A stretch of 64,000 nt of DNA, taken from Candidatus Heimdallarchaeota archaeon (lineage in GTDB: Archaea > Asgardarchaeota > Heimdallarchaeia > Hodarchaeales > Hodarchaeaceae). Location of the stretch: the NCBI GenBank assembly GCA_048881705.1, contig JBHLSH010000011.1, positions 1-64,000 of the forward strand. Reading direction: 5' to 3'. This document shows positions 54,868-64,000 of the stretch, in pieces. Both the position numbers and the translations under genes were made by a program. The notes beneath the pieces were generated by a model. It was given only the letters and a program-made list of their open reading frames with translations, ran no database searches and was not told the origin of the DNA. Every line of letters begins with the position of its first letter. Position 1 is the first letter of the stretch.

Positions 54868-54959
54868 AAGATAAAGTGTGATCGCAGATTCTTTGATTAC
54901 ACTTATCCTTTTATCTCTATTTTTCTTTACCAAACCATGGGCAAAATGGTGGAGAAATT

Positions 54960-55661
54960 TTGAATAAAAAGAATGAACAATCTAGAAAATCACCAAGCAG
55001 ACAAAGAAGAGAGCTTCAACGTGCTCAATACCGTAGCCAGATCATAAGAGCGGCAGAATCTCTTTTTCTTGAACATGGATACGAAAGAACCAATTTAAAG
55101 CAAGTTGCTGACAAGGCTGGGTTTGTTCGCGCAACGATTTACAATTATTTTGTGAATGGCAAGGAAGACTTATACCTTGCCGTTGCTGCAAACATCTTTC
55201 AATCTCTATGTGAATATGTTGAAGAGGGCCTGAATCAATCTCGTCCTGGAGATGAATTACTCTCCATGACGACTTCATATCTCAATTTGGCTCGTAAACA
55301 ACCTGCACATGCTGATATTATTGACGATGTTAGATTGCGTCAAGCTCTAGCTATAATCGTGGAGAAAGAATCAAAGAACATACGGTTAACAGATGATGAA
55401 GCCCACTTCCGTAATTATCAGATGAAAACTTTTGAGCTCTTGGTGTCTGGAATTACATTGGCTGTCACCAGATTAAGAATTTCAGGTTTATCTTCCCAAA
55501 AAATCCAGGAAATCGCTTTTGCCATGAGTGCTATCATTCCCGGATGGATTAAAGAGCTTGCAAGGAGGGAAATATTTGCCCATCAAACTCCCGATGTTTC
55601 TGAGTCACAGCTTAAATTGATCATTGGTTTCTTTGAGAAAGGAATTCGATCAATGAATTAG
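54960..55661 (+). CDS. TetR/AcrR family transcriptional regulator
   Basis: IIRAAESLFLEHGYERTNLKQVADKAGFVRATIYNYF...KEDL. Confidence 0.93.
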   Translation: MNKKNEQSRKSPSRQRRELQRAQYRSQIIRAAESLFLEHGYERTNLKQVADKAGFVRATIYNYFVNGKEDLYLAVAANIFQSLCEYVEEGLNQSRPGDELLSMTTSYLNLARKQPAHADIIDDVRLRQALAIIVEKESKNIRLTDDEAHFRNYQMKTFELLVSGITLAVTRLRISGLSSQKIQEIAFAMSAIIPGWIKELARREIFAHQTPDVSESQLKLIIGFFEKGIRSMN

Positions 55662-55679
55662 ATGGCTATTAATAGCTTT

Positions 55680-56642
55680 TTAAATGCCGACCAAGTATTC
55701 ATCGAGAAGGGCGGAATTAAGCTCCCGTTTTTTTCGATTCATTGCTTTTTGTATGGATTGAACATATTTCGATCCCCTAATCTGGTTGCTATAATTTTGG
55801 GCCTCCAGAAACCACCATACATTCCATAGGGCACGGTTTTTCCATCCCACAGTTCCAGGTATAGAAAGGTCCTCAATGTTTTCTAGGAATGGCGGAGAAT
55901 ATTTCTCAAATAGGTATTCCGTTAGAGCTTTCCCCTTTTTTGTTTTCTTCCGTGCCTCGTGAACAAAGGTAGATCCCTCTGGGGTGTAGCATGAACAAAC
56001 TGCGGCATTTCGTCTCCAACCGATCCAGTCCACTGAAGCTAAATATGGTTCAAATAGGATTTGATGGAAGGGGCTCCCTATCCCAAATCCATGGAAAAAT
56101 TGCTCGTTTTCCTTAGATTTCTGCGTTATTTCAACAATCCAGCGTGAAACCTCATGAGCACCCCCAGATTGATTAATTTTAAATGCAGGGACCATTCCTC
56201 CTAGACCTATGTAAGGATCAACAAGGTAAGAGGGTCTTTTCGCAGGCCAATGAATAACGGGAAGGATCGGACGATCTAGTTTATCAGAAAGCCATCGCCA
56301 ATTTTCTTTCGATTGATCCAGATTCCCGATGACATCCAGATTGACAATTATATCCTCTTCGTCAACATCAAGCCCCCTTAAGAACTCAAGGTAATTTTGG
56401 GCGGAAATTTCCGCTCCGGAATTAAACGCGGAATACGCCCCACTATCTATCATGAGTGAACCCCTATATGAAAAGTAATCACGGAGGCCTTCCGAGAAAA
56501 GTTTGTCGGTATGTTTTCTAAAAGCCCAATAAGAAAAAATAACGCCTACTTGATTGTCCCGCATCATCTTTGCTATAAATGGCTGATCTTGCCAAGGGAG
56601 GAAACCAGGGACTACTCCTAAGTAAAGCTTCAGGGCTCTCAT
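55680..56642 (-). CDS. Compact TGT-fold protein, DpdA-like (7-deazaguanine transglycosylase family)
   Basis: IFSY, LMIDSGAYS, NLDVIG, LPVIH, YIGLGGMVP, FHGFGI, ASVDW in TGT-family order; 320 aa with no PUA domain. Confidence 0.75.
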   Translation of the reverse strand: MRALKLYLGVVPGFLPWQDQPFIAKMMRDNQVGVIFSYWAFRKHTDKLFSEGLRDYFSYRGSLMIDSGAYSAFNSGAEISAQNYLEFLRGLDVDEEDIIVNLDVIGNLDQSKENWRWLSDKLDRPILPVIHWPAKRPSYLVDPYIGLGGMVPAFKINQSGGAHEVSRWIVEITQKSKENEQFFHGFGIGSPFHQILFEPYLASVDWIGWRRNAAVCSCYTPEGSTFVHEARKKTKKGKALTEYLFEKYSPPFLENIEDLSIPGTVGWKNRALWNVWWFLEAQNYSNQIRGSKYVQSIQKAMNRKKRELNSALLDEYLVGI

Positions 56643-56989
56643 ACCTCCGGATTATTTTTGGGACAACTAACGAGAAATCTAACTTCCCTTAGACGTCATG
56701 ATTTGAACTTCTTTCCATAAGCTATCATAAATTTCGGTAAAATGGGGCAGCTATATTTAGAATAAGGATTTTACCAAAGCTTCTGTATCAAATTTTCTCG
56801 AAATCCGTAGAAAATATCCAGATCCGTTTTAAAATCGTGTATGTCAGTATCTAGCAAAGTGCCGCGGTTTATCATCGATTGATCTACCATCTGTAAAATC
56901 AAATTACGGGTTATTGATTAACTCTATCGATTTATTATTACCTTCTTGCCCTAAATCAATAAATCAGTTGAATCTGTCGAGGGTATTTC

Positions 56990-59900
56990 ATGAAAAGCAC
57001 ATTGAGAATAATCTCAATAAATCTCACGTTTGCTCTTATATTTCTAAACGCTTTGACTTTAATCACTCCTTTAAATCAAGAAGGATTTTCAAATCTGGCT
57101 GGAGTTTCATCTGAACACCTTCGTGGTTTGGGTGTGGATGGAGGGGTAAAATCCAATGTCAAACGAGTACCAGTCCTTAGAACTATGAAACCTAAAAATA
57201 ATTCGCACGATTCATTCTCTACATCTGGAATCCGTTCAGGTGTTCAGTCTCAATACTCAGTTCCAGGATGGGCAGATACGAGATGGAATTATCGGAAGAA
57301 TATTACAATAGGAGCCGCCGCCGCTGATATAATTAATTTTCCCTTATATATTGAACTGGTTGATTCTGATCTGAAAGATCATGCTCAAGTTTCTGGAGGG
57401 GACATATTCTTTACAGATGCATTAGGAAACAAATTAGACCATGAGATAGAGATTTATGACAGGCAATATACCAGTCAACAAGCACGTTTGGTTTCTTGGC
57501 TAAATATCAACCTTTCGAGCTCTCAATCTACCCTATTATCAATGTATTATGGAAATCCCTCCGCGCCAAATCAGCAGAATAGAGCAGGGGTTTGGAATAA
57601 TGATTATGAATTTGTTTTACATATGAACCAAGATCCATCAATATCAAATGTCCGTGATAGCACACCAAACCTGATAGATTTCAGTGTTGAACCTAGTGGA
57701 GGAATGCAAACAGCTGATCTTGTTGACGGAAAAACCGGGTATGGTATTGCCTTTGATGGAACCGATGATTATATTTATATTCCTCTTTCAAGGGGATTTT
57801 CTGGACCCACGGATAAATTAGCTTTTGAGTTCTGGATAATGTTTCCAAATGGCGGTCCTAGTTCGACGGCCTATTTAGCAGCTCCTGGTTCCACATCATA
57901 TGACCCACGTCTATCATTTGCAAATAATTTCTATTTTGAAGTGGAAACAACTCCTTCATCTCATAATGAAATAGCTTCGACCCAAAGTAGTTTTACAGCT
58001 GGTACTTGGTATTATATTACGACTCTTTGGGATGGAGGAACTGGGGTCCAACAAATATACATTGACGGCGTCCTCGATGCAAGTGGTAACAAACTCGGAA
58101 CTCACATAAACTGGAATACTTTGGCAATTGGAGCGCAAGATAATGCTACTAATGGAGTTGGAGGGATTAATCCTTCCAATGAAATAGAAGTCGTTATTAG
58201 TGAATTTCGGCTGTCAAACACGATTAAATCTCCAGAATGGATTCAAACAACCTTTTCAAATCAGTATAATCCCGATGTTTTCTATAGTACAGGTTCTGAA
58301 GAGGTCATAACTAGTGTTATTCAAAGTCTCGATACCGATTGGGTCTTTCCCGCCCTGCGATTTCGCAAAAACCTTACCATAAATGCCTCTGAGGTGAGTG
58401 GGTCAAACTATCTTCACAATTTCCCTGTTTTGGTGGATCTTATAGATTCTGATTTAATGGATACAAGTAAAGTTCAATCGGACGGAGATGACATACGTTT
58501 TGCGAGCGATTTAGGGTGGGTATGGAGTTCCGAACTCCTCGTAAACGGAGATTTCGAATCAGGATCAACGATTCCTTGGATTATATCTGGAAGCTGGGCG
58601 ACTGGAACTGATCCACCCATGGGAGGAGCAGGAACGCATTCTGGAAATTACGCCGCATTCGTTTCTGGCAGTGGAAGTGCAACAGATCAAATATATCAAG
58701 ATGTAAGTATTGCAGGCTTTAGTTCCTATATTGATTCAGGGAAAGCGGTGGCGAACGTTTCAGGGTGGATGGTTTCAGCAGAAACGTCCTTTGACTCTGT
58801 ACAAATGAAAATCCAATATCTCGACAACTCAAAGACAGTGCTTTCCACACCCTTAGATACAGGTTTTCAACAACCTGCTACATGGACAAAATATTCCATA
58901 GGATTCAATGCTATTCCTATTAATACCAGGTACATTAGACTTTGGGCGACATGCTTTGAGGATTCTTGGGATGCAGGTAGTATTGATACGTTTAGTGTGA
59001 AAATTGGAACTTTAGAATTCAAAGCTTCTGGATATAGATTGGATCATGAAATTGAAGCATTCGACCAAACAACTGGTCATTTAACGGCTTGGGTAAGAAT
59101 TCCGGGATTATCAAACCTTAGCAATACAACTCTAACCATGTATTATGGTAATAATGTAATACCAAAGAATAGGAATTACCAGTCTGTTTGGGAAAGCTAT
59201 GAAGGTATTTGGCATCTAAATGAGCAGATAGGTTCTGGAAATTATATCCTTGACTCGACCAAAAATAATCACGATGGAACGCCATATTCTACAGTTTTTA
59301 TGTCAAATGGGATCACAGGAGGAGCACGAAATTTTACAGGTTCAGGAAGTTCCAGGATTGAAATGTCCAACTATGGCAACGTTCTCTCAGGGAATGAAAA
59401 ATTTACATTTTCATTTTGGATATATCCTGATTACGGTAGTGATGCAGAATGGGAATCTCGACAGGATTTGGTCTTCTTTAAGGAAGGTGTGATGGGTTTA
59501 ACCAGAATGTGGAGAAATCCCGTATGGCCTGCTGGAATTGGAAGATTTCAACCTGATATAAAATGGGACGACGGATCAACTTCCTATGCAAATGTAATCA
59601 TCTATCGTCAAAAATGGAATCTAATACACTATACCTATAACGGAACACATCTCTCGATATACCGTAATGGAACCCTGATTTCGTCCTCCTCAAAATCAGG
59701 GGTTAAACTGTTAACAAATAATGGAAGATTCAATCTTGGGAGTGATGGCAATTACCCGTCTTTAATTGGGTCATTAGACGAGTTTCGTATTTCTAATGAT
59801 GCTAAATCTGCATCTTGGATTGCAACAGAAATGAACAATCTTGTTCATGGATCTAACTTTTTTATTAAAGGCGCAGAAGAAGATTATGTTCACTGGTGGG

Positions 59901-62900
59901 CGGATGCTAGCTATACATATAGAAAAGATATTCTGATTGATAGAGCCAAGGTTTCGGGAGATCTGTTTGGCTTTCCCCTACTTATAGATTTTACTTCTAC
60001 CGATTTAAGAATTGGAAATGTCAAACCAGATGCATCAGATGTTCTCTTTACAGCCAGTAACGGAAATATTTTGTACCATGAACTAGAATCGTTTGTTCAA
60101 GGAATATCTCAAGGAACGCTAAAGGCCTGGGTAAGAATTCCAAGTCTATCAGCGGGCAATGACACATTGATTAGCGTTTATTATGGGAACAAAGATATTT
60201 CCTCTCAAGAAGAACCTTCCAAGGTTTGGGATTCGTATTATGCTGGTGTTTGGCACCTTTCAGAAGATCCTACTGGTGGTGGGCCTTCGATTATTGACAG
60301 TACAGGTAATGTCAATGGGTCATCGATAGGCGGTATGACATCAAATAATCTCGTTACAGGACAGATTGAAAATGCTTTAGATTTCGATGGCACTGATGAT
60401 TATGTGAGGATGACTGGATTAGGAACCAATGGTCTATCTTCGGTTACCATAAGTATATGGATTAATCCAGATGTCATTAAAAGATCTCAGTTATTAGCAC
60501 GAGCCACCCAAGGGATAAATCATGGCCTAATCATAAATCCTGGGTGGAATGGAATGTTTTTTCGCTTATACACTGATATTCAAAATCACCTAGGTACAGT
60601 CTACCCCACGACAGGAGTCTGGACTCATGTTACTGGCACATATGATGGAAGCACAATGAAGTTATTTGTAAATGGTGTCCTAGTTAACTCTATGAGTGCG
60701 TCTGGTGCAATCCAGATTGAAGATTGGACTATTTCAGGTGTTGATGTATTTGATGGTCTTCTAGATGAAGGAAGAGTCTCAACAATCGCTCGATCTAGTG
60801 AGTGGATTGCGACAAGGTATAATAACGAAATCGATCCTTTGAACTTTATTTCAGTGGGTGACGTTGCTGTTTACGACCAAACACCTCCAGACGTTAATAA
60901 TTTTGGTATAGATGATTTTGGAAATGGAATTGGGAGATTTTGGGCTGATGTGTCGGATATAGTTTCTAGTGTTTCTGGTGTCACTCTTGAAGTCAATTCT
61001 AGCGAATATTTAATGACCAATAATGGAACATACTGGATCTCACAACTTCCAGTTTTATGGAATAGCTACTACGAGTACCGAATAAAAAACGCTTCAGATT
61101 CGTTCAATAATTTTATACTTTCTCCAACCAGCATAAAAAACTATACTTTCTCTAAAGATGTCACGCCTCCCTCCGTTGATAATTGGGACTATGATCCCAA
61201 TACTGGTGAATATGGTACTTTCTCAGCAAATGTGTCAGATTCTTGGGGAGCAATCGATATTGTTCGTGTAAATGTCACCTATATGGGAGGAACAGCGCAG
61301 AATAACTTAGTGGCAGCAATGAAACTAATCCCATCGGGTTACATAAATGACACAATCGTAATGAGCTCAGGAACGATAAAATATGTGATTATTGTAAATG
61401 ATACAGGTGGAAATTCTTTTACATCAAGTGAACATCAAGGATATGTTCCAATTACCAATCATCCCCCTACAGTAAATAATATTGTTTTGAATCGTATATC
61501 TACACAGACGAATTACTCAACGATTGTTTATAGTAATAGCACCCTTTACCTAAACTACACTTTTATTGATATCGATGGAGATAGTCAGGGTGGTACCATC
61601 ATTCGGTGGTTTCGCAATGGGATTTTGGTATCGGCATACAATAACCTGAAACAAGTCCCTTCTTCGGAGCTTCTAAAAAGCCACTTTTGGAATGTAACCA
61701 TAACTCCGAAAGATGGTCAGGATTTTGGACTCCAATATAACTCTAGTTTGGTTCAAATCCAAAATTCTGCGCCTAAAGCCACTAATGTCTATATTTCGCC
61801 CGAAAATATTACCACGGAAGATAATCTCACTGCAAACTACAATTGGATTGATTCAGACTTAACTGATAGTGAAACCAACACTAAAATACGATGGTATAGA
61901 GATAATGGAACAGGTTTCATTTTGGAGGGACAATATAATGATACCTTGATAATTCCAGAGGCAGAAACACGGAAAGGAGATATTTGGAGATTTTCGGTAA
62001 CTCCTGGAGACGGCGAAGATCTTGGTTCGATGGTTTACTCCCCCGATATAACAGTTTTAAATTCTCCTCCTCGCTTTCCCTCCGTATTCATAAACAGTAA
62101 TAACATAACTTCAACTGAAAATAATGATACGGATCTTGTTGTTGATTACGATTACTTTGATCCTGATAATCAAGAAAACTCATCAATAGATAATCCAGTA
62201 AATGCCACGCGAGAAATTAGATGGTACCAACGAGATACATTGAGAACTGATCTTAACAACACGCTGGTTGTTTCTTTCACAGAAACCAAGGTTGGGGACT
62301 GGTGGTACTATAAAATAAGAATTTCCGATGGAACAGACTACAGTACGTGGCATTGGTCATCATCGATTTGGATAGAAGCGACTCCTAACTTTCCCCCCTT
62401 GGTGGAAAATGTTACCCTTAACTCAAGCTTGGCTATAAGTGGAGGATGGCTTTTTGTTGCTTATGACTATTACGATCCTAATGTTCCCCCTGATCCGGAA
62501 GTAGGAACCCTAATACGCTGGTACCGTAATAGTCAGTATCAATCGCAATACGATAATAAGAAAAATCTAACTAATGCCCAGTTAGTAAAAGGAGATATTT
62601 GGTATGCAGATGTAAGGCCAAGAGATGGCCTTGACTATGGTAATTGGACTCAAAGCACGATTATAGTTATTAAAAACACAGCACCAGTCGTAAATTTGGC
62701 AGACATATTTCCTACTTCAGATGTTTACACTTCAAACACCCTTGTGGCGATCCCTTCATATTCTGACACTGATGGCGACCCAATTATTGATATGATCATT
62801 ATTTGGAAGAATGGTTCAACAGAAGTAACCAGACTAGAGAATAGTACATCTGTTCCAGCTAACTATACAAAAAGAGGGGAATGGTGGTATTACCAAATTC

Positions 62901-64000
62901 AAGTGTTTGACGGAACAAATTGGTCCCAGATAATAGAATCCCCTTGGATAAATATTAAAAATTCCAAACCGACAATTGATAATCTCTTTTTATCAGGTGG
63001 AATGAATACCACTGATGACATTATTCTATACTATGACTTTAATGATTCAGATGGGGATAGTGAAGTTTTAGCTCAAACACAAATACAGTGGTTTATCATT
63101 AGGCAATCGGGGTCACCACCACCAGTTATTGGAGGAAAAACTTTCGCCTCCACGAACTTTGTCGCCGGAGACTTTATATTTTGTTCCGTTATCCCCCATG
63201 ACGGAACTGATACGGGAGACGCTGTTGTATCAACCTACTACGCATTGGGATATCTGATTGTTGGCGATTCTGTTCCTAATGTCAATGGGATTCCAAATCT
63301 GATCGGCTCTAATGGCACGCTTGCTGTTTCTAGTACCACAACTTTATACATAAATTACTCTGTTACTGATTTAGATAGTGGGGAATCAGATCAGATTTTT
63401 GATGTCGAATATGATGCAAACAATTATGTAATTGGCTCTCAGTATAGATGGTACAGGTATAGTAACATCTTTTCTGAGTGGGAACTACAGATTGGTCTGA
63501 CTTCGTATAGCATAGACCCATTCTATCTTGGCCGCGGGGATCGATGGAAGGGTAGTATAAAACCCCGAGACAAATACGGATCTTATGGTGGCTGGGTAAA
63601 TTCGACCGAAATAACAATAGGTAACAGTTATCCACTAGTAAATGGATTTAATTGGATGATTGATAAACCAACTACGATCAATGATTTAGATTTCACTTTT
63701 GAATATTTTGACTGGGATAACGACTTGATAGTGGGATCTCGAACCTTGATTCTGTGGTTTAAAAATGGTCAACTTATTCCAGGCACAGAAAATCAAAGCG
63801 TTCTTCCTAGTCATCACTTTGTGAGGAATGATAATATTTCAGTAATCATTCGTCCTTTTGATGGCACTAATTGGGCATTAAACGACTTTTCAAGCCCAAT
63901 AATAACAATATCTAATTCTCTACCCCAGGCATCAAATCTCATACTTGCCCCAAAGAGAATATCGAACTTGAATATGCTTTACTTGAATTGGTCTTTTTCT
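56990..64000 (+). CDS. Giant secreted/surface protein, 3'-truncated (at least 2337 codons): 3x(DUF2341-like + LamG-like), nested lectin-like domain, stalk module, at least nine Ig-like repeats
   Basis: Not in the ORF track. ATG 56990 after GAGGG gives MKSTLRIISINLTFALIFLNALTLI. I translated large parts of this frame (56990-57600, 58500-59160, 60840-64000) without meeting a stop; it ends ...SNLNMLYLNWSFS. Repeats include W.YRK.I.I, DI.F...L.HE.E, W...YYGN and LDE.R.S...S..WI. Confidence 0.92.
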   Translation, partial: MKSTLRIISINLTFALIFLNALTLITPLNQEGFSNLAGVSSEHLRGLGVDGGVKSNVKRVPVLRTMKPKNNSHDSFSTSGIRSGVQSQYSVPGWADTRWNYRKNITIGAAAADIINFPLYIELVDSDLKDHAQVSGGDIFFTDALGNKLDHEIEIYDRQYTSQQARLVSWLNINLSSSQSTLLSMYYGNPSAPNQQNRAGVWNNDYEFVLHMNQDPSISNVRDSTPNLIDFSVEPSGGMQTADLVDGKTGYGIAFDGTDDYIYIPLSRGFSGPTDKLAFEFWIMFPNGGPSSTAYLAAPGSTSYDPRLSFANNFYFEVETTPSSHNEIASTQSSFTAGTWYYITTLWDGGTGVQQIYIDGVLDASGNKLGTHINWNTLAIGAQDNATNGVGGINPSNEIEVVISEFRLSNTIKSPEWIQTTFSNQYNPDVFYSTGSEEVITSVIQSLDTDWVFPALRFRKNLTINASEVSGSNYLHNFPVLVDLIDSDLMDTSKVQSDGDDIRFASDLGWVWSSELLVNGDFESGSTIPWIISGSWATGTDPPMGGAGTHSGNYAAFVSGSGSATDQIYQDVSIAGFSSYIDSGKAVANVSGWMVSAETSFDSVQMKIQYLDNSKTVLSTPLDTGFQQPATWTKYSIGFNAIPINTRYIRLWATCFEDSWDAGSIDTFSVKIGTLEFKASGYRLDHEIEAFDQTTGHLTAWVRIPGLSNLSNTTLTMYYGNNVIPKNRNYQSVWESYEGIWHLNEQIGSGNYILDSTKNNHDGTPYSTVFMSNGITGGARNFTGSGSSRIEMSNYGNVLSGNEKFTFSFWIYPDYGSDAEWESRQDLVFFKEGVMGLTRMWRNPVWPAGIGRFQPDIKWDDGSTSYANVIIYRQKWNLIHYTYNGTHLSIYRNGTLISSSSKSGVKLLTNNGRFNLGSDGNYPSLIGSLDEFRISNDAKSASWIATEMNNLVHGSNFFIKGAEEDYVHWWADASYTYRKDILIDRAKVSGDLFGFPLLIDFTSTDLRIGNVKPDASDVLFTASNGNILYHELESFVQGISQGTLKAWVRIPSLSAGNDTLISVYYGNKDISSQEEPSKVWDSYYAGVWHLSEDPTGGGPSIIDSTGNVNGSSIGGMTSNNLVTGQIENALDFDGTDDYVRMTGLGTNGLSSVTISIWINPDVIKRSQLLARATQGINHGLIINPGWNGMFFRLYTDIQNHLGTVYPTTGVWTHVTGTYDGSTMKLFVNGVLVNSMSASGAIQIEDWTISGVDVFDGLLDEGRVSTIARSSEWIATRYNNEIDPLNFISVGDVAVYDQTPPDVNNFGIDDFGNGIGRFWADVSDIVSSVSGVTLEVNSSEYLMTNNGTYWISQLPVLWNSYYEYRIKNASDSFNNFILSPTSIKNYTFSKDVTPPSVDNWDYDPNTGEYGTFSANVSDSWGAIDIVRVNVTYMGGTAQNNLVAAMKLIPSGYINDTIVMSSGTIKYVIIVNDTGGNSFTSSEHQGYVPITNHPPTVNNIVLNRISTQTNYSTIVYSNSTLYLNYTFIDIDGDSQGGTIIRWFRNGILVSAYNNLKQVPSSELLKSHFWNVTITPKDGQDFGLQYNSSLVQIQNSAPKATNVYISPENITTEDNLTANYNWIDSDLTDSETNTKIRWYRDNGTGFILEGQYNDTLIIPEAETRKGDIWRFSVTPGDGEDLGSMVYSPDITVLNSPPRFPSVFINSNNITSTENNDTDLVVDYDYFDPDNQENSSIDNPVNATREIRWYQRDTLRTDLNNTLVVSFTETKVGDWWYYKIRISDGTDYSTWHWSSSIWIEATPNFPPLVENVTLNSSLAISGGWLFVAYDYYDPNVPPDPEVGTLIRWYRNSQYQSQYDNKKNLTNAQLVKGDIWYADVRPRDGLDYGNWTQSTIIVIKNTAPVVNLADIFPTSDVYTSNTLVAIPSYSDTDGDPIIDMIIIWKNGSTEVTRLENSTSVPANYTKRGEWWYYQIQVFDGTNWSQIIESPWINIKNSKPTIDNLFLSGGMNTTDDIILYYDFNDSDGDSEVLAQTQIQWFIIRQSGSPPPVIGGKTFASTNFVAGDFIFCSVIPHDGTDTGDAVVSTYYALGYLIVGDSVPNVNGIPNLIGSNGTLAVSSTTTLYINYSVTDLDSGESDQIFDVEYDANNYVIGSQYRWYRYSNIFSEWELQIGLTSYSIDPFYLGRGDRWKGSIKPRDKYGSYGGWVNSTEITIGNSYPLVNGFNWMIDKPTTINDLDFTFEYFDWDNDLIVGSRTLILWFKNGQLIPGTENQSVLPSHHFVRNDNISVIIRPFDGTNWALNDFSSPIITISNSLPQASNLILAPKRISNLNMLYLNWSFS

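Noticed and set aside
55680-56642. Canonical archaeosine tRNA-guanine transglycosylase (arcTGT)
   Set aside because: Too short, no PUA domain and no complete zinc site.
56914-57114. 66-aa + strand ORF in the track
   Set aside because: Out-of-frame overlap with the start of the giant ORF at 56990; 57956..58138, 59250..59492 and 63363..63635 are likewise shadows of that gene.
1-64000. CRISPR arrays, rRNA, IS elements, integrases
   Set aside because: No regularly spaced nucleotide repeats, rRNA-like segments or transposase/recombinase motifs seen. The repeats in the giant genes are diverged protein-level repeats.

Overview
Archaeal chromosomal segment with no rRNA, tRNA, CRISPR array or recognisable transposase. 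A profilin, a Roadblock/LC7-like protein, a longin/uDENN-like domain, a DGGGP-synthase-like UbiA enzyme and Ino1 together point to an Asgard archaeon, probably Heimdallarchaeia-like (inference). Housekeeping blocks: acyl-CoA dehydrogenase-etfBA plus a membrane Fe-S oxidoreductase; a lipid kinase-eno-ppsA run; porCDAB; an ino1-UbiA-bpsA/speD-SEC59-like operon; ogt, VIT1, Sir2, DUF885, radical SAM, NTPase and TetR genes. An apparently AT-richer block at about 35.6-47.4 kb carries glycosyltransferases and a nuclease-less Eco57I-like methyltransferase. Best leads: (1) two giant surface proteins at opposite ends of the window share a conserved stalk but have different lectin-like heads and 2 versus at least 9 Ig-like repeats, and the complete one ends in a TM helix plus a cytoplasmic folliculin/NPRL2-like longin (uDENN) domain, a receptor-like layout; the second (56990 to beyond 64000) is missing from the ORF track because it has no stop codon in the window; (2) a BpsA-AdoMetDC fusion; (3) a stand-alone DpdA/TGT-like protein; (4) an orphan, degenerate NuoD/group-4 hydrogenase large-subunit homologue; (5) an extracellular FKBP-TM-cytoplasmic zinc-finger protein. 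All family calls come from manual motif reading and recalled family motifs; no database search was run.
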